From NCBI RefSeq assembly GCF_964204645.1, contig NC_134027.1, positions 23,832,560 through 23,896,559 of the forward strand: DNA of 64,000 nt, given 5' to 3'. Shown piece after piece: positions 37,674 through 64,000 of the stretch. The stretch is from Tubulanus polymorphus (lineage: Eukaryota; Animalia; Nemertea). The notes under the pieces are model-generated. The model saw nothing but the letters and a program-made list of their open reading frames with translations. It was not told the DNA's origin and ran no database searches. Positions within the stretch are counted from its first letter, which is position 1. The number at the start of each line of letters is the position of its first letter. The position numbers and the translations under genes are program-made.

Positions 37674-40600
37674 GGGATTTATTGCTGTTATCCAACGAAT
37701 ATGAACAGCGGATACCTGTTTCACATGAACAGAATCAACAAAACCAAACATCTAACGGTCGAATCGGTCGATGCAGTAAACCGGTCAAATCGGTGAATTT
37801 TAGAAAACTTATCGCGAAAACCTACTTTTCACTACCGATTTTCAATTCCAGTCCTAACACCTCCAAGTAAGGCGCAGTTTACTGCACTAAATTCGACCCT
37901 ATGAAAATCATCATAGACACACAAACACAGCGAACTAAAGTCAGTCGTAAATGATAAAGACGTTATTTTTTCTTCGAACGCACGACGAAAAACCTTTTTC
38001 TAACCGATGCAGCCCTCGCTTTCTCTACACACGGGAACTATCCCCGTACGCACGTATTTTATACAAACATATATATATATAACATTTCTATCTAGTAAAA
38101 ACGAACTTCTTGCATAAGTAGAAAACTAGCTTCATTTTCATGGCACGAGAGAATACATTTTTTATCACTAATTATTTTTTTTCGATTTCGATTTCCCGAG
38201 ACGGCTTACAGCCTACATACGAACATTCGTATTTCATCAAAAAGTCGTTGCGACTATTTCGTTTCTTTTCAGACAGATATGGTCGGCGCATCGTTCAAAC
38301 GAATTTCGGTAAAATCCGTTTTCTTGAAACGACGCGTAACGGAATGACGCGAATTTTAGAATTGAATTCCGTTGAATTTCGGGGGAAATCTTGATTTGTT
38401 TCACAAATATTCCCAAAATGTTCCTAACACCACTGATGAAAAGGATTACGTACAAAAATACTGAATGTTACTCCGTTCTCTGTTTTGTGAAATGATGTTA
38501 CGTTATTTCTATACCCAGCTGATGAGTTAACCGGTTTTACCGCAACACGAGCCATGCCGCTCACCAGATGGCGTGACTAGCAGTCAGCGTTACAGTACAT
38601 AGTCAAAAATAAGTTCATTTTTAATCAACTTTCAATTTGATTTTTTTCCTGACTCAAAATAATTATTTTCACACTCGCCAATAAGATAAACTTATGACCG
38701 ATATTTCTACGAGTTTGAAGCGGTTATTTGCCACTTGATTCGAGTTTAATCGAAAAACTTACAATCGTAACATGGATATTATTTTACTAGTGACACCTGG
38801 TGGATGTTCGACTTCGGGACCGATGTTGCCCGTAGCCCGTTAAAGACTGATGTATATATTTTATCGGCAAAACTCTTACATAGCCGAACAGACATTCAGC
38901 GTTCATACAAAATTCATAAGTATCTCGTTATCGACGGATGAGCTGTAAATGAATTCTTATGAATGAATACATGTAACTCCCCGCAAGGCAAAAACCACAG
39001 TTACCTGGCTCGCGATATCGTTGAAAATTGTTTTGTATCGAATTGCGATATTCTGGGGGCGGGTACAGACAGACGGCGGATTAGGTCACCTTCCATCCCT
39101 AGTTATACACCATATCGAAAAAAGAGTCTTACCTAACATGATAATAATAATAATCATTATTATAATAATGATATTTTTCTTAAAAATCTTCATTCAAACT
39201 ACTGAGACAGATTATGATTGTTAAATGCACTATGAGACATACGCCCGAAATTGCGCACTCCAATGTCAAGGTCGACGAATCGATCAAGAACGGCCGTATT
39301 ATGAATTAATCAATAATCGCGAAATTTCCCCTAGTACGAACGAACGCTCAGTTATTACCCCTTTGTACGGAGCTACGCACCATATTCTCTGATATGAAGG
39401 TGTATATTTACATGATTTCTTTGTTTTCCGTTTTAAATTTCTGAACTATTTACATCAATTCGCGCCAAATTTAGACAGCATTTTTTTATTCTGAGACATA
39501 TTATTACTAAATATATTTCATTTTATATATATATATATCTATACTGTACTGTTTCTGCTGCTTTTTTTTATCTGCATGGAAAATTTCTAGAAAATTTTGT
39601 ACGGGGAGCCTTTCGTGAAGTACGCACGCAAACGGTAAATTTTACCCCCTTCCCACCCGTGCTGGCCCATGCGTAACGTACTTTACAAACGGCTATGATA
39701 ACCATTTTCAACAATTACTATAAAACGTGGCTGGCTGGTTGACTGACGGTGCTACCTTTGTTGTTGGTGATACATTTTTCAACGATCAGACAGATTTTCC
39801 AAACGACGACAATGACAACAATGAATATGAAATAAAAATGAGGCGCACAACTCGATTTACGCGGCGAAAAATAAGCGATACAAAATGCAAAATCGTCTTC
39901 ACCCAGGTCCGGGGAAAGATCGAAAAAATCTTACTGGCAATTTTTTTCTTATCGAATTCAAAATTCGCGGTTACCTTCGCATTTATTGCACTAAAACAAA
40001 TTCTCGATAAAAAAATCCAATTGACAAATTTTTCCAAACGGAGTTTCGTTGTGAGACAGATTTGAGGGGGGGAACGGACTTAATTCAAGGACGAGTTTAA
40101 TCGGTAATGGGTTCAATATAGATAGATACATCAACACAGTAATTAATCGTGATATGTTTGTAAAACTAAAGAGCTGCAAAATAATAAAATGCAGTCTCTC
40201 TATCTCGCGTATTGGAAGATCGCTACGTTCAGCATCTAGTCACACGCAAGTAAAGCTTACGCGCACTTTTTTCAGCCGTTGCGAGAAAGAGATCAAATAT
40301 CAAATACTAAAAAAAAAAGATAGATCCGTTAAATTTTTTTTCGACACAGTTTACTAGACTTGCCTCGGATCGCGCCCGTTTTCTCCGGAGGGGGGCAGAC
40401 GGGAATTCGAGCAGGAAAATCTTTTGAACATTTCGTCATCCGGCGCGAGCGATAATCCGAGGTAAATCCGTCGCAAGCAGTCTAATACACCAACTTATTC
40501 GTTGTCGCGGGTTCCATGATTTTGAAATCTTCCTTTGAATTTTCCTTTCGACTGAAATTCCGAATGAAAATTCTTGAAGCGCGAAACGGATCGTTGCTTT

Positions 40601-41654
40601 TTTAGTATCAAACGATAGAATTTCAATCGGGTTTACCCTGATGGTTAGATCGATGTGATCAGATGGCGTGCACGTCCTGCAGGCCTCGATTAAGAAGTTA
40701 AGTGAGTCCCAATTCGCCCGTTTAGTACAACGCATGCGGGACTGGGGCCTGGACACAGTTGCACAGCTGTGAGTTAAGCGCATAACTTAGATTTAAAAAA
40801 TTTACTTTCTACCACGTGCAAACCTAACAAAAATTCAATGAAAATACATTTCCTTACCGCGCCAAATTCATCATAATACCAAGTCTTTTTGCGCCTTTAC
40901 TTGAAAATGGGTAACTCACCATGATTTTTCGTTTTGCGAAACTTGCCCCTGGATTTAAGTCAAACTCACAATTGCGGAAACAGTCAGATCAAATCATGTC
41001 TCCGATCCAGAACAGGTTACCCGGTTTTTTTCCAATCGTACTTAGGCGTACTTTTGTAAACGCAATCGATACACTGAAAATGCCTCGGTATGTTCCACTC
41101 TACTTGAAAAAGGGGATACTCAACCTATTCAACAAAATTGACACCCAGTATTATTAACTCAGCGTTAGTCGATAACCGGCGCCAGTTATCTCTATCGTTA
41201 TTCAATTTCGTCCTTCCAAATCGATTCGAAACCACGCGAGAAACGAAAAACCCGCCGACACTCGACGACGCTTTTCGTAAACGTATACGTGTATATACAC
41301 GCGCACGCCCGTCGCAAAAACGCGCGGACAGGCGACTCCCGTATAACGACGGATTCGAAAAGTGTAAAAATCACTTTCGTTTTAGTCAGCATGTTCGATA
41401 TCTTCTCCGTAAAACACACACGCGACGACGTTACAGTCGACGGACGATAATAAAAGGGGGCAGCAGCTGTTCTATGGAAACTCAACGAAATACAGCAGAA
41501 TTCATAAATATATATATATATATATATATCGTATAAATGGTATAAGTACCGTACTCGGCTAAACGACCAGTGTGGGGGTTGTTTTTTTTTTCGCGCGCGG
41601 CGTATCGTGTCGCGGGAACAGCATTCGAGGTAACCCGCGGACGCCTATATCTGA

Positions 41655-41660
<6 letters not shown>

Positions 41661-41696
<36 letters not shown>
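41661..41696. repeat. (CA)n microsatellite in the presumed FoxP 3' UTR
   Basis: Direct. Confidence 0.95.
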
Positions 41697-41699
<3 letters not shown>

Positions 41700-42395
41700 T
41701 GATTAATAATCACGTCGATTAATTAAAAAGATGTGTTTCGATACCCGTGTTTTTCACTCGGTTAAGAATGAACGAATGGCAAGCGATGATTATTATTGCT
41801 AAGTATCACTAGTCAGTGTACGGTCCCGTTATCGCGTGCTGTTCTCCTGTCGTATTTCCCTAAAACACGCGCGCGTGCGTACAACAGCTCGAACTCTGCT
41901 TTTTTCCTCGTTACACATGTATAGACACTACCGTGTGCGGCCGTTCGCGTTCGCGCCCCCGCATTCCAGGTTTTCGCGGCAACAGCGAACAAGTGGCGGA
42001 TCCGGAGACCAGTTTCGAAGAACTTGTCGCGTCCCAAAACCGCACTAAGATGTCCACGAAGGCAATATAAGGTGTACTAACGCACTAAACACCGAAGCGC
42101 GAGATTCGCATTTACTACCGCTAGGTGGCGTATCCGGCGAAGATAAATATTGTACGACTGATTTCCGATACGCGAGACTTGCTCGTATTCATCTGCTCTA
42201 CTCATGTCCATTTAGATCCGAAATATTCAACGTACGTAGTAAACTACACAACAAACGACCACATCGGCGCCCTCTATACAGCCGCAACATTACTAATCCG
42301 AGATTGATTCAACCGACGCGATAACACGCGTAGCAGCATGCGCGCGCTCACGCGACGACGATTTCGTGGAATGTGTGTCTGCGCTACAATAATCA

Positions 42396-63751
<21,356 letters not shown>

Positions 63752-64000
63752 CTGAATTAAGGATAAAAAGATCTAATTTAGCACGGGTCAAAAATGCTCA
63801 AGCGATCGCCGCTTGCATAGCGAGCTATCGCTGGTTTCGTCCTTCTTTTCTTAACAATTCTCTCTCCCACCCTCGCTCCCTCTCTATCTCGAGAATTGAA
63901 ACTAGAATTATAATTTCGACTGACGACGAACCTGCTATTAGGTTATACGTATCGGGCGCCGCCCCGTTGAGAATCGGTAGTAAATTCGCCGCCGTCGAGT

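Noticed and set aside
30545-42395. Independent genes among the short ORFs between dynein and FoxP
   Set aside because: No domain similarity, no consistent splice structure, and they lack the codon style of the true exons.

Overview
Intron-rich animal (invertebrate, probably spiralian/lophotrochozoan) genomic DNA containing two convergent genes, both running off the window. Plus strand, 1-30544: the 3' part (AAA2 to stop) of an axonemal outer-arm gamma-type dynein heavy chain (DNAH5/DNAH8 family), 32 exon positions traced by hand with continuous reading frame. One position is filled by two tandem, equal-length (123 nt), homologous exons (5853-5975 and 7551-7673) that look mutually exclusive. 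Minus strand, 63751-42396: the 3' part of FoxP (zinc finger, leucine zipper, forkhead, tail), with the two alternative forkhead helix-3/wing exons (NAVRHNLS at 51577-51698, NAIRTNLS at 51197-51348). These are separated by a 228-nt intron with a ~195-nt AG-free zone, suggesting steric mutual exclusion. Between the genes is a ~3.1 kb array of an 80-bp satellite with a tRNA-like D-arm. Introns carry CWG-targeting and TTAA-targeting MITEs, minisatellites derived from MITE pieces, a tRNA-derived SINE and an inverted pair of Penelope-type minimal hammerhead motifs. All calls were made by eye, without database searches.
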